Assembly: GCF_001194135.2 (NCBI RefSeq)
Contig: NC_069002.1
Location: 15,390,981-15,423,976, forward strand
DNA: 32,996 bases
Source: Octopus bimaculoides
Lineage: Eukaryota
Direction: 5' to 3'
The stretch's first letter is position 1. Each line of letters opens with the position of its first letter. The notes beneath the pieces were generated by a model. It ran no database searches. It was not told the origin of the DNA and saw only the letters and a program-made list of their open reading frames with translations. Both the position numbers and the translations under genes were made by a program. Positions 20,905-32,205 of the stretch are shown here, in pieces.

Positions 20905-22199
20905 TAGCAGAGAATCTAGTGAAAAGTATCAAGAGTAAAATAAATGAAAAAATAGGGAAAACAGTGGAAAAGATTTTTGGTTTTACACTGCAAGGAGAAA
21001 ATTGAAAGAACGTGTGTATTTGACGTTTTGGCGAGTGGTCCTTCTATGATAAATGGGAGAGCAAAAGAGAAAAGGTTTTGGAAGGAGAGGAGATATGTAT
21101 CTTTCGTGAGTAGTGTGGTGGCAGTGATTAAAGATGTTGAGGCTATTGTCATAATAGAGATAAACGAGATGTAAGCGAACGGAGATTATTGACTGATATT
21201 TTGAGTGAGGATAGGAATTGAATGTGGATGTGTGTGAAAATGTGTTGTTCAGGGGAGGTAAGTTGGTCGTTCAAACTAAAGTCGTTGTTCTCATTATAAC
21301 CAGGATCAGGAGAACCGTGGCGTAAGACAACAACTGCAGACAGCGGGGAGGAGAGAAGTGTGTTTGAGTAAGTTGAAATGCCAAAGACGATAAGCGTTGT
21401 TTCGTCAGATGTCCAGACGCTGTTTTCTAAATCGATCCGCTAGTCTCGAACCAGTCTCACTTATATCCAACTGGCCGCATACTCGGAATGCTATATAATA
21501 GACAATGACCCTTGTGGTGCAGGTGAGCCGGTCGGTGATATGGCAGGCAAGCGTTGTATTCGTTAGGGTGTTTGTTGTTAAGTATGTAGCTGTAGCATAG
21601 ATAAGAACAAAGGATCCGGGTTTAATGTGTGGAGTAGATTTATTGACCAACAAGTCGTGAAGATCGTGGTTGGATCTGAAGAACAGAGTAGGGTATTCAA
21701 GGAAGAAGTGGAAAGTTCTAGTAAGCAGATTGTCGGGGATTGGAATACTGTAGGATGGTCCACTGGAAACAGGCTGGTAGGTGAGAAGAAAAGGAAAACG
21801 GTCGGTAGTTACGATGTGTGAGGATTGAGACAGTGTTGTAACCAGAGAAGGAAGCGGATGGTCTCTATTTCTGGTTTGAAGTAACCGCGCCATGTGAAGT
21901 TGTAGTGCAGACACTGAGATTAGGACTCAGAGTCAGGGGAATAGCTACAAGTTTGTTTGGCAGTGAAGGAATTGGGAGTAGTAGATAGTAGATTTAGTTT
22001 ATTAAGTAGGAATGAGAAGCGGCGGATTTGTGAAGGAACGAGGTAGAGATGATGAAATTGCGAAGGTCAGTGAAAATCGAGATGTTCCTAAAGTTGATAG
22101 ATGCGATGCTATAGTGGAAAGATTTGACGGAAGTGGTTGAGAAACTAACCTGTTTTCTAGTAGTGCCGATATAAAGTTAAAAAGTAAAGTAATTTTCTC
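20905..22199 (-). mobile_element. Penelope-like element (RT C-terminus, linker, GIY-YIG, 3' pLTR), decayed
   Basis: ORF 21405-21914: RFPFLLTYQP, FFRSNHDLHDLLV, ITDRLTCTT, VIVYYIAFRVCGQLDISETG (degenerate VIY..YIGETG), RLADRF. Possibly extends beyond the SINE to about 22860. Confidence 0.75.
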
Positions 22200-22428
22200 G
22201 AGTCATACCGACTCATAAGGGCTGGTTTCTCGGTTTCCATGGCGTATAAATTATCCACCTGAACGGGACGCCGGCCCGTAGTAGGATTACTCATTTTTGT
22301 TAGCTGGGGGGAACTGGGACAACATGAAATGAAGTGTTTTGCTCAAGAACACAATGTGTCACCCGGGCCAGGAATCGAAACTACAATCTTACGATCGTGA
22401 GTCCATCGCTCTAACCTCTAAGCCACGC
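22200..22428 (-). mobile_element. tRNA-headed SINE family D
   Basis: Reverse complement of the 26483-26700 family. B box gtttcgattcc. Confidence 0.85.
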
Positions 22429-22989
22429 TATAGTACCGATACAGTGATAAATGTATGGGTTACAGAGTGAGGCAGCGAGTCTCAACATGATCTACAGACA
22501 GGTCAGCGTGGTTAGTGGGTGAGGAACTATCCTGAGTCATTTCGCACCTGTTAGTGACCACAATACTGTATGGACAAAGGAAAACAGCACAAGAGATTTG
22601 AATGTTTCTGTAAGATTAGGCGCGTCACTGCGTGTAGCTGAAGGTGGTAAACAGGCCCGAGAGGGAGAGAGGGAGAGGGAGACAGAGATTAAATTGGGTC
22701 AAATGTCCAGTGAGATGAATGTCCGCCGATTTAACTGAAGGAATCAGTATTGATGGACGCAAATGAATTGTTACGGGGAAAAGGTAGACAGATTTGTGCA
22801 TTGCAATAATCGATGGATGTTGTTCTGTCTGAAACTCGTCATTAGACGGAGTGAGTAGCATGAAACGGAAATCCTACCAAGGAGAGAACATTTGGCTTTG
22901 GAGTATTGTAAGTGGAGGAGTAAAGTAACAATGTCGTGTGAGATGCAACATTTTAATGTGATATTTGTATAATGTCGAAATCAAACCTG

Positions 22990-22991
<2 letters not shown>

Positions 22992-23040
<49 letters not shown>
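22992..23040. repeat. (GT)n microsatellite
   Basis: Visible. Confidence 0.97.
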
Positions 23041-23045
<5 letters not shown>

Positions 23046-23492
23046 GAGTGAAAGAAAGAGAAAGCGAGTGAGAGAAACAGAATATTGCAAACAATGAATG
23101 CGATAAACATGGAATGAAAAAGTATAAATAAAAGCACATTAAAAACTATCTTGTACCGAATATTTGTGAAAATTTGTGAACTTAGTAAATATTTCTTTCA
23201 GTAATTTATCATAGTCCACGGCGGTGCATCAGCATGGCCGCAGCTCTAACCTGAAACTATATAAAAGATATAAAAGATAGTTGTTTACAAATAGCGAATT
23301 AAAACTTGAAATGAAAACATTTAAATAGAGAGTGAGAGACTTCGCCGTTTTACGTCAATACTGAAAGATGACATTGAGAAACATTTTTAAAGAAGTGAAT
23401 CATAAATATAAAGCAATATTTTTTATTTTTAATAAAAAGATCAAATGAAGAGCATAATATCATCAGAAAAAAGGTAATTAAAATTCATTAAA

Positions 23493-24575
23493 ATTACAGA
23501 TCTATCGGACTTTCAAAGAGGTCAAATTGTTGGTGCTCGTATGACAGGTGCTAGCATATCGAAAACAGCCGAAATGTTTGGTGTATCAAGAAGTACAGTC
23601 TCGAAATTAATAACAGCCTTTGAAAAAGAGGGAAAAACCTCCTCGTCGAAACAAAACTCCGGAAGAAAACCAAAACTTTCAGATAGGGATCGTCGAACTC
23701 TTACACGAATTGTTAGAAAGGATCACAAAAGAACAACTCCCAAAATTATTGCAGAGTTAAATGACCTCCTCGAGAACTCAGTTTCCACAAAACTGTTCAC
23801 CGGGAGCTGCACAAAGCCGGATTTCACGGGAGTGCTGCAATCAAAACAACCACTACTTTCAAAAACAAACGTTGCAAAGCGTTTAGAGTGGAGTAAAGAC
23901 CTACAGAATTGGTCCCTAGAGCAGTGGAAGAATGTTATTTTCTCGGATGAGTCATCCTTTACCGTATTTCCGACCACCGGCCAATCACGTGTGGAGACAG
24001 CCAAAACAAGCATTTAACCCAGACTGTCTTCTTCCAACTTTTAAACATGGAGGAGGATCTGTGATGATGTTGGGGGACTATATCTCAGAAATCCGCCGGC
24101 CTAATGGTTTCCCTTCATGGCAGAATTAATAGTCAAAACTATTTAAGCATTTTATCTGATCAAATTCATCCTGTGGTTGCGGAACTGTTTCCGGAGGGAA
24201 ACACAATCTTTCGGAATGATAATGCACCAATTCATACAGTTAAAGTTGTTACTGAATGATATGAGGAACATTCTAGTGAAGTTGAACATCTTATCTGGTT
24301 ACCACAGTCCTCAGATCTCAATATTATCGAACATTTATGGTGCATTTTAGAAAAACAATTAAGGATCCGTTATCTTCCACCATCATCACTACAAGAACTG
24401 GAGACTGTTTTAGCTGAAGAATAGACAAAAATTCCTTTGGAAACAATTCAAACTTTGTACGAGTCCATACCTTGTAGAATTCAAGTGGTAATTACTACCA
24501 AAGGTGGTCCTTCTCCATATTAAAATTAATTTGTTTGAAATTTTAAGGTGTTTCCATTATTTTGTCCAAACCCTG
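23493..24575 (+). mobile_element. Tc1-like transposon: decayed transposase (23493-24523, DD36E spacing) and right TIR
   Basis: DLSDFQRGQIVG paired-like HTH, GRKPKLSDRDRR, VIFSDES, KHGGGSVM, NDNAPIH, SDLNIIEHLW. Ends gtttccattattttgtccaaaccctg plus TA. Frameshifts and stops present; left TIR not recognisable. Confidence 0.92.
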
Positions 24576-24689
24576 TACTTCTGTGTGATGATAGAGAAGG
24601 ATACGAAATGGAGTTGGTGAGGGCCTCGCTACAAATGTTCTGACTTGCAGAGCAGGTACAGTTGTCATTGTTGTTGTTCTTGTTTAGTT

Positions 24690-25250
24690 CCAGCTTAAAC
24701 TGAATCCAGCAAAATCTATAGTGAGAGGCAATGGTAACCTGGTGAATCCTTGGTGTAAATTAAACTATATTGCTGGATATCTTATTCATTTCTTAAGACG
24801 TCTGCATATAATTTGAGTGTCTCGCCTGCTATTTCTCGGATAAAGTGAATAGTCTGGTTGAATGGGGATTTAGCTGCTATTTATATGAAATCGACTTTAT
24901 AGAGCAACCCTAACCTAAAAAAAGTAAGGTATTCAATTTGTGAGCAGCCAATGTATTTGCAAGCATAATGTATCTTGAACCACATTATCCAATGTGTTCA
25001 TTTTCCCCTTTTCGAGACAATTATTTGTAGCAGGTCACGCGACTGCATAGAAAAGACGCTGTTTTTTTTGGGTTTTTTTACAGTCGTTGATCAACCCTGA
25101 TCGAACTGACCAGTGATCAAAGTCGTGATTCAAGCCTATTTCTACCTCTACTAAAGGAGTCTCTTCATTTTTTTTAAAAGACAGTTGAGTGTGGTTTTAA
25201 GGCGAACTCGTTTTTTGTTTCTAGCAAATCATGCGACTGGTTCGTGGACA
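24690..25250. repeat. Several heavily decayed fragments of an old interspersed repeat
   Basis: Recurrent gctgctattt / tttgtagcaggtc / ctgatc motifs, echoed at 27230-27400. Confidence 0.3.
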
Positions 25251-25746
25251 TGTGTCGTTGCCTGTCAGCTCTGGTTAAACAGAGCGAGAAAAAAAAAAAC
25301 CATTCCTTGTTGAAGGACTTGTTTCTTTGGTGCATTGAGACTTGTGAGTCATTTTAATTGCAAATACGTTTTGTTGGTTTCACTTCGTCGACTATCAAGT
25401 GCACCACACTCATAATTTCACACACACACATGTCGTAGGCGTGTGGTGGATTCACTGTGCCTTAATGCGAACAGTACTTAAGAATTTGTATTTTATTGAT
25501 CAAATTGTAACAGTTCAGTCGTATTGTTTATATAATATTTATATAATATTATTGGTTCGTGATTCATCAAATAGCTCTCAGAACTGAATGTTCAGGTGTT
25601 AGATTTATGTAATCACTTCTTCGCTAGCAACAGGTATGATAAAGTCTTGTGTGGGCTAAGATATAGAGCTGACATATTCCTATCTTATTTGTTCATTTGT
25701 TTGGGTTTCCCAATCTTTTATTATTCTGTGCATGTCTAGAACTGCA

Positions 25747-25747
<1 letters not shown>

Positions 25748-25782
<35 letters not shown>

Positions 25783-25933
25783 CGAGGGGGAGGGGAGAGA
25801 GAGAGAAGTGTTGAGTAAAGGAGAGAAAAAGTAAAAGAATGCATGTGTGAATGAGGGAGAAGGCGAAGTGGGAGAACGGAGAGATAAAATATTTGACGAA
25901 AGTGGATGGAAAGAACGCGCGTTGATGTGTGGG

Positions 25934-25976
<43 letters not shown>

Positions 25977-26020
25977 GAAAGAAAGAAGAAAAGAAAAAAA
26001 GAACAAGCAAACAAACAAAC
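25748..26020. repeat. (GT)/(GA)/(GAAA)n compound microsatellite
   Basis: Visible. Accounts for the F/S/L-rich ORFs on the minus strand. Confidence 0.92.
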
Positions 26021-26482
26021 GATCAAAGGACAGAGTATGGACGTGGTAAAGAAAATTAGAGTAAGTGCTCAGAAACAGAAATTGTAAGTGGACCAAGACT
26101 GTTGTCACCTGACTTCTTTTCATAGGGTAGAGCCCTGACGTTTTTCTTTCTTTATAGTAAGCAAAGACCCTTTCAGATATGCATTGCGTCCGAAACAATG
26201 TGCCGGCTGAGTCCCACCACCACCACCACCACCAGCTATAGGCCTCTTATGTCGAGTGTGGTGGGGTAGGCAAAGAGCTGGAAAAGTTACCACAAAGCGC
26301 TCTATCAAAAACATTACACTCTTTCTTCCCTCTCTGTCTCTGTCTCTGTCTGTCTCTTTCAGACAAACCGACAGACAGAGAGACTGGTGGGGGAGAAAGA
26401 AAGCTAACTTGTTAGATAGAATGTCTTGTAGTATTTATTTTGGTTCTCAGCGCTCTGTGTTCGAATCCGGCTGAGATTATAT

Positions 26483-26700
26483 TTAGGGTGTCAGCATCAT
26501 GATCGTAGGATTGTGGTTTCGATTCCTGGACCGGGCGACGCGTTGTGTTCTTGAGCAAAACACTTCATTTCACGTTACTCCAGTTCACTCAGCTGGCAAA
26601 AATGAGTAACGCTGCGATGGACTGGCGTCTCGTCCAGCTGGGGAACACATACGCCATTGAAATCGGGCCCATGAGTCTGGATAGGCTTTATAAGGGCGCA
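26483..26700 (+). mobile_element. SINE family D, head eroded
   Basis: gtttcgattcctggaccgggcgacgcgttgtgttcttgagcaaaacacttcatttcacg matches 22200-22428. Confidence 0.85.
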
Positions 26701-26738
26701 TTTATTTATTTTTTTTAATATTAATTAGAGCATGATCG

Positions 26739-26815
26739 GAAGAGAGAGAGGGAGAGAGAGAGAGAGAGGGAGAGAGAGAGAGAGCGAGAGAAAGAGAGAG
26801 AGAAAGAGAGAGAAA
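26739..26815. repeat. (GA)n microsatellite
   Basis: Visible. Confidence 0.92.
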
Positions 26816-27439
26816 TTTAAAGGAAGAGACAGGTTGAAAGACAGAAAGAGAAGAATCAACTTTTGAGGGGTACTTTATCGACCTCAAGTAAACCTTGTTA
26901 TGATTTGAACTCAGTACGTAGATGCTCGGAACAAACACAGAATAGCATAATCCCTTCTTTTCTTTTTAAAGACAGTATGTAGTTTCGTCTAAATTTGAGT
27001 GGATTCACTATACAGTCAGTTCCGAGGAACAGGCGTTGTCATAGTAAAGGTACATACAAGACTGAAGGGAAACGCTGCTGCTGACCAGAGGTAGGTGTGG
27101 CCTAGCTAGACTGAAAGTATTTAATTTAATCAAATATTGAAACCAACGAGCGGTTTCGCTTATCCGAAAGTTTGCTTCTTGAGTCACAGCATTCGCCACA
27201 CATGACTACCTATTTATGTTAATACAAGGCCAGTCAGCTCTGATCAAGTAGACCAATGATTACAGGTATTCCAATTGTGACTCTTCAGTCATTTTATTTT
27301 CAGAAAACACGTTATCCAATGTGTCCGTTATCTAAGATGTGATTTGAGATTTGGCGGCTACTTCTATTAGACGAAGCAGTTGTACAGGGTTTCCTTCATT
27401 GCCTGGCATTAAGTGGAGGATGAAGATGATGGGTTAACA

Positions 27440-27607
27440 AAATCGTTCGTTTCGGCTTGTTTTGTTCTGAGTTCAAATCCCGTTGAGGCCAACTGTAACG
27501 CTTTATTCCTCCGGGTTCGATAAAAAGAAGTACTACTCAAGTATTGGCGTCGGTTTAATCAACTTCTCTCGCCGTCAAATTTCTAGTCTTATGCCTATGT
27601 TACAAAC
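27440..27607 (+). mobile_element. SINE family B, diverged
   Basis: gttctgagttcaaatcccgttgaggcc...aaatttctagtcttatgcc. Confidence 0.65.
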
Positions 27608-27789
27608 AGACACCAGCATAACCACCACTCACAAGCTGAAACAGACAAAAGAGCAAAAGAGACAAAGGATTGTGGCAATTCCCTTCTGGAGTAGACTTCG
27701 TTGGGACAAAGTGATTTCTGCTTTGGATTCAGTTATTTTTCTTGCTGGAAGACTAAGAAACTAACGCCTTGGTTCGAAAATATTGGTTT

Positions 27790-28001
27790 CAAACTTTGGT
27801 ACAAGACCAGCAATTTCAAGGGAGGAGTTAAGACAACTACACTGACCCCACCCCAGTGCTCAACTGACACTTATTTCATCGACCCCGAAAGGATGAAAAG
27901 CAAAGTAGACCATGGCGGAATTTGGACTCAGAATGTAAAGAGGGACGAAATGCAGCTAAGCATTTTTCCAGACGTACTAACGATTCTGCCAGCTCACCGC
28001 C
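27790..28001 (-). mobile_element. SINE family B
   Basis: atcgaccccgaaaggatgaaaagcaaag...ggaatttggactcagaa...ctgccagctcaccgcc. Confidence 0.88.
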
Positions 28002-28814
28002 TTGTCTTGGCTCAAAGATATTGATATGACTTTCGATACCAAGATTTGATATCAAGATTTTGTTTCACAGCATTGCGATTTTATATTAAGTCACTATTTT
28101 TTATTGTATAGGAGTATGTAGTTGTAGATTAAGTTGCTATTTTTTAAATTGCATTTTTACTGACGATAGGATTAAGATACTATGGGTTTACTCAAGTCAC
28201 TTTTTCCATTGCTGTAGAATGTATTAAAAGCTAAGTACAATGATAAGAAACTTTTAAATTAGAGACCCGAGTTTTACCACCAAAGCTTATGAAGCTGAGA
28301 TGAGTCAACAGCGATGGGCGCCATTACAAGCTTTAACACTTTTGTCAGACGAGGTACCAAAGGAGTCAGAAATTTCGTGGTTGGTAGCCTACTTCCTATA
28401 AACACCACACATGTCATCAGTGGAAAATATTGATGTATTAATATTTACAAATGATGGCACTTAAACTTTGTGACTTTAGATTAAGTTATTAATCCTATAT
28501 TGTTGTAATTTAAAATTCGAAGTGAGGAGCCTGTGGCCTACTGAAAGAAATCAATCGAGGGAAAATTCATTGTATTGGAATGTATTTTTTGTTTGCTTAG
28601 TTGTATTTAAAACCTATTTTCCCCCAATTAATTATTAATTTCATAATCAACCAATTATATTTATCTACATATACAATTTTTTTTCGGATAATGTAAACTG
28701 TAGACTAATACACACACATTGGTACATTTGCTTTCCACTAATGAAAATTTGCTGGTAGCGAAGACGTTAAAAAGATGGTAAAATATAAATACACTATTTT
28801 GTTATAATATTTTA

Positions 28815-29208
28815 GCAGGAGTGGCTGTATCGTAAGTAGCTTGCTTACCGACCACATGGTTCCGGGTTCAGTCCCACTGCATGGCACCTTGGGCAAGTGT
28901 CTTCTGCTATAGCCTCGGGCCGTGAGTGGATTTGGTAGACGGAAACTGAAAGAAGCCTGTCGTATATATATGTATATATGTATGTGTGTATGTGTTTGTG
29001 TGTCTGTGTTTGTCCCCCCCCCCATCGCTTGACAACCGATGCTGGTGTGTTTACGTCCCCGTAACTTAGTGGTTCGGCAAAAAGAGACCGATAGAATAAG
29101 TACTAGGTTTACAAAGAATAAGTCCTGGGGTCGATTTGCTCGACTAAAGGCGGTGCTCCAGCATGGCCGCAGTCAAATGACTGAAACAAGTAATAGAGTA
29201 AAAGAGTA
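28815..29208 (+). mobile_element. SINE family A, full length, with internal (TA)/(GT) microsatellite
   Basis: tRNA-like head (B box gggttcagtccc), CORE-like ccttgggcaagtgtctt, internal TA/GT repeat, tail gagtaaaagagta. Confidence 0.92.
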
Positions 29209-29659
29209 TATTATTCACCATTTCACTGTAGTTTTCACGTCTATGATCCCCAGGAAACTTTATATCAGTTTCAATGAATGCTCTTTTTTATTTTCAAGTT
29301 CCACCTCAGTTTACTGGGAAATGAGGAGACACAAATGGCACCAAAACTCCAGCTACAGTGAAAATTTTGCTTCTAACTTTAGATCTGTCAGTAAAATTTA
29401 CCTTTTAAATATTGAAAATCACTAATCACAGCCTTCACAAATTTTTTCCCGAGGCCAAAATGAATGTGGAGTGGTGGAAGATATATTTTCAGAGGATAAA
29501 CTTGTATTGGTTGTTACACAATATTTTCAGAAACACATTCTGTTTTAGACATCCTGCCAGTTTGTTTTTGTATCTTTTCTCATCGACTATTCTATTAGCA
29601 TAGAAAAAGCACATATACTTTGTGGGATGAAACTTAAACAAGAGTCAGTGATATAAATT

Positions 29660-30600
29660 TAAGTTTACGTATTTAGGTAGTAAGATAACATTCTCAGGCG
29701 ACACCGACGAAGATATTAAGATGAGAATAAGTAAGGCAAGGACTGCTTTCCACCAGTTAAAAAAAGTATGGAGCGCAAGTGTAATTTCAATAAAGAACAA
29801 AATAAGAATTTTTAACACTAACGTAAAAGCGGTGTTATTGTATGGGGCTGAGACATGGAGAACAACAGTTAAGTCAAATAAGCAAATACAATCATTCATC
29901 AACAGGTGCTTGCGTAGTATACTTAAAATCAGATGGCCCGAACACATAAGCAATATGGAGCTATGGCAAAGAACGAATCAAGTTTCGAGTAGGGAGCAAA
30001 TATTTAAGAAAAAGTGGAAGTGGCTTGGTAGCACAATTAGAAAGGACACACCAAATGCAGCGAAAAGTGCTTTACAGTGGAATCCGGATNNNNNNNNNNT
30101 GGAGCGCAAGTGTAATTTCAATAAAGAACAAAATAAGAATTTTTAACACTAACGTAAAAGCGGTGTTATTGTATGGGGCTGAGACATGGAGAACAACAGT
30201 TAAGTCAAATAAGCAAATACAATCATTCATCAACAGGTGCTTGCGTAGTATACTTAAAATCAGATGGCCCGAACACATAAGCAATATGGAGCTATGGCAA
30301 AGAACGAATCAAGTTTCGAGTAGGGAGCAAATATTTAAGAAAAAGTGGAAGTGGCTTGGTAGCACAATTAGAAAGGACACACCAAATGCAGCGAAAAGTG
30401 CTTTACAGTGGAATCCGGATGGATATAGAAAGACGGGTAAGCCTAAGAACTCGTGACGTAGATCAACACAAAAGGAACTAGGGAAAGGGGGACATTCATG
30501 GTAGAGTATAAGTACAAAAGCGAGAAATTATGCGACATGGAATTCAATTATAAGTGGCCTATACTCCGCGTTGGAGGGTTAAAGGCAAGAAAGAAAAAAA
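29660..30600 (+). pseudogene. RTE-clade LINE 3' end, with an artefactual 321-bp duplication
   Basis: FTYLGS, RISKARTAF..L..VW, VKAVLLYGAETW, FINRCLRSILKIRWP, KWKWLG, ALQWNPDG.RK.G.PK. (AAGA)-rich tail. Confidence 0.92.
30090..30099. other. 10-N gap between two identical 321-bp segments
   Basis: 29769-30089 equals 30100-30420 as far as can be read. Confidence 0.95.
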
Positions 30601-30914
30601 GTATTTCAGGTGTGTGTCCTAGCAATGTCTCCATGGATTCGTAAGAATCATTAAGACAAGTGGCAAGCATTGCACGCGTTAACGGTTTCTCGTTGACATT
30701 GAACAGTAAGACTGATCTAATTAGAGTAATTTTAAGACTCATTTTACTAGAGTCAATGAAACATCATCACTCTTCGGCATCGTTGTCACAAGCATATCTT
30801 TTACACCAGACCATTTATGCCATTACAGAAACAACTGCTTTTTCTCTTAGATGTAAAATTATGAATATTTCATATGACGATGGCTAAAGTATGGCATTTG
30901 ACTGAAGAAGATTC

Positions 30915-31161
30915 CATTATTTCCATTTGACGGATATTTGTCCTCATCTTGTTTGTTGTTAACACAACGTTTCAGCTGATAGACCTTCCAGCTTTCATCA
31001 GGTGTCTTGGGGAAATTTCGAACCTGGGTTCTCATTCCTAAGGTATTTTTCGATGTTGTTATTATTATTATTATCATTCAGGTCACTGCCTAGAATCGAA
31101 CTCGGAATCTTGGGGTTAGTAGCCCGCGCTCTTAACCACTACGCCATATGCCCGTGGGCAT
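30915..31161 (-). mobile_element. tRNA-headed SINE-like element: tRNA head, (TAA)n spacer, hammerhead-containing 3' part
   Basis: Head gggcatatggcgtagtggttaagagcgcgggctactaaccccaagattccgagttcgattc (A box TGGCGTAGTGG, B box GAGTTCGATTC), then (TAA)n and the HHR motif. Confidence 0.8.
30961..31006 (-). ncRNA. Minimal type I hammerhead ribozyme motif, Penelope-like
   Basis: GACAC-CUGAUGA-A-AGCUG-gaaggucuau-CAGCU-GAAA-C-GU-U-GUGUU: intact core, 5-bp stem II, 5-bp stem I with one G-U pair, palindromic ACGU stem III. Confidence 0.75.
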
Positions 31162-31814
31162 GAATAATAATAATAACAATAGGTGGTTCATTTTTATAGC
31201 AGATAACTCAAAAAACATGTAATCGATTTATTTCCATTCTCGATGCTGCTGGCCTTGTGCCAAAATTTGAAGCCAATATTTATCATTGCTAGCGTACAGT
31301 ATTCTTATTATACAATAAAAATGGTTGTGCATATCACGACAGTATATATGTTAGAGTTTATTTTAATATTTCATTATATTTGAAAGGTAACTGTGAGCTT
31401 GCTTGTAGCCTGATTCATCTAAAAAATAGTTATAAAAAATACTTTTATTATAGCTTATTTGCATAGAAATTCAAAACCATGAATAATGCCAGTTATAGTT
31501 ACTATACAATCCACAGCTCTTTTCTGTTTTAATGAAGTATCTGTACACTCCTATGCCCTGAATTGTCGTGATTCGCCCTTCTAGCATGTGTCTGTGTGGG
31601 AAGTGTATGCGTGTGAGTGTATGTGTGTGTGTGCGCGCGCGCGGACGTGTGTGAGTATACTAGGTTTTATATAATCATCTGAAGTCAGTATATTTTGTAT
31701 AAATGACCTCAAAAATGCTGACAGTCTTCAGGTGATCTGGAAACGTTGACTCAGGATTGTTCCATTTAAATTATTCACAAGATAATGCATAAGAATTAAT
31801 TAAAATTAAACAAC

Positions 31815-32205
31815 GCAGGAGTGGCTGTGTGGTAAGTAGCTTGCTTGCCAACGACATAGTTCCGGGTTCAGTCCCACTGCGTGGCATCTTGGGCAAGTGT
31901 CTTCTACTATAGCCTCGGGCCGACCAAAGCCTTGTGAGTGGATTTGGTACACGGAAACTGAAAGAAGCCCGTCGTATATATGTATATATATGTGTGTGTG
32001 TGTGTATGTGTGTCTGTCTTTGTCCCCCTAGCATTGCTTGACAACCGATGCTGGTGTGTTTATGTCCCCGTAACTTAGCGGTTCGGCAAAAGAGACTGAT
32101 AGAATAAGTACTAGGCTTCCAAAGAATAAGTCCCGGGGTCGAATTGTTCGACTAAAGGCGGTGCTCCAGCATGGCCGCAGTCAAATGATTGAAACGAGTA
32201 AAGAG
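31815..32205 (+). mobile_element. SINE family A, full length
   Basis: Same architecture as 28815-29208. Confidence 0.92.

Noticed and set aside
22804-22850. Possible decayed plus-strand hammerhead (taat cgatgga...gaaactcgtc atta)
   Set aside because: The core is broken and stem II does not pair; too degenerate to call without a consensus.
23340-23400. Left TIR of the Tc1 element
   Set aside because: Only a loose resemblance (tac...gaca...gaaaca) to the reverse complement of the right TIR; not supportable.
25680-26198. 172-aa and overlapping F/S/L-rich ORFs
   Set aside because: Translations of (GA)/(GAAA) microsatellites.
27008-27199. 63-aa ORF or small exon (LARPHLPLVSSSVSLQS) on the minus strand
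   Set aside because: Weak donor site, no homology recognised, and surrounded by decayed repeats.
29769-30420. Perfect 321-bp tandem duplication within the RTE LINE
   Set aside because: The copies are identical and separated by exactly 10 N, the signature of unmerged overlapping contig ends. Treated as an assembly artefact.
31075-31161. Functional tRNA gene (also considered for the heads at 14623, 19465, 28815, 31815)
   Set aside because: Acceptor stems do not pair properly and each head continues into a repeat body. These are SINE heads.
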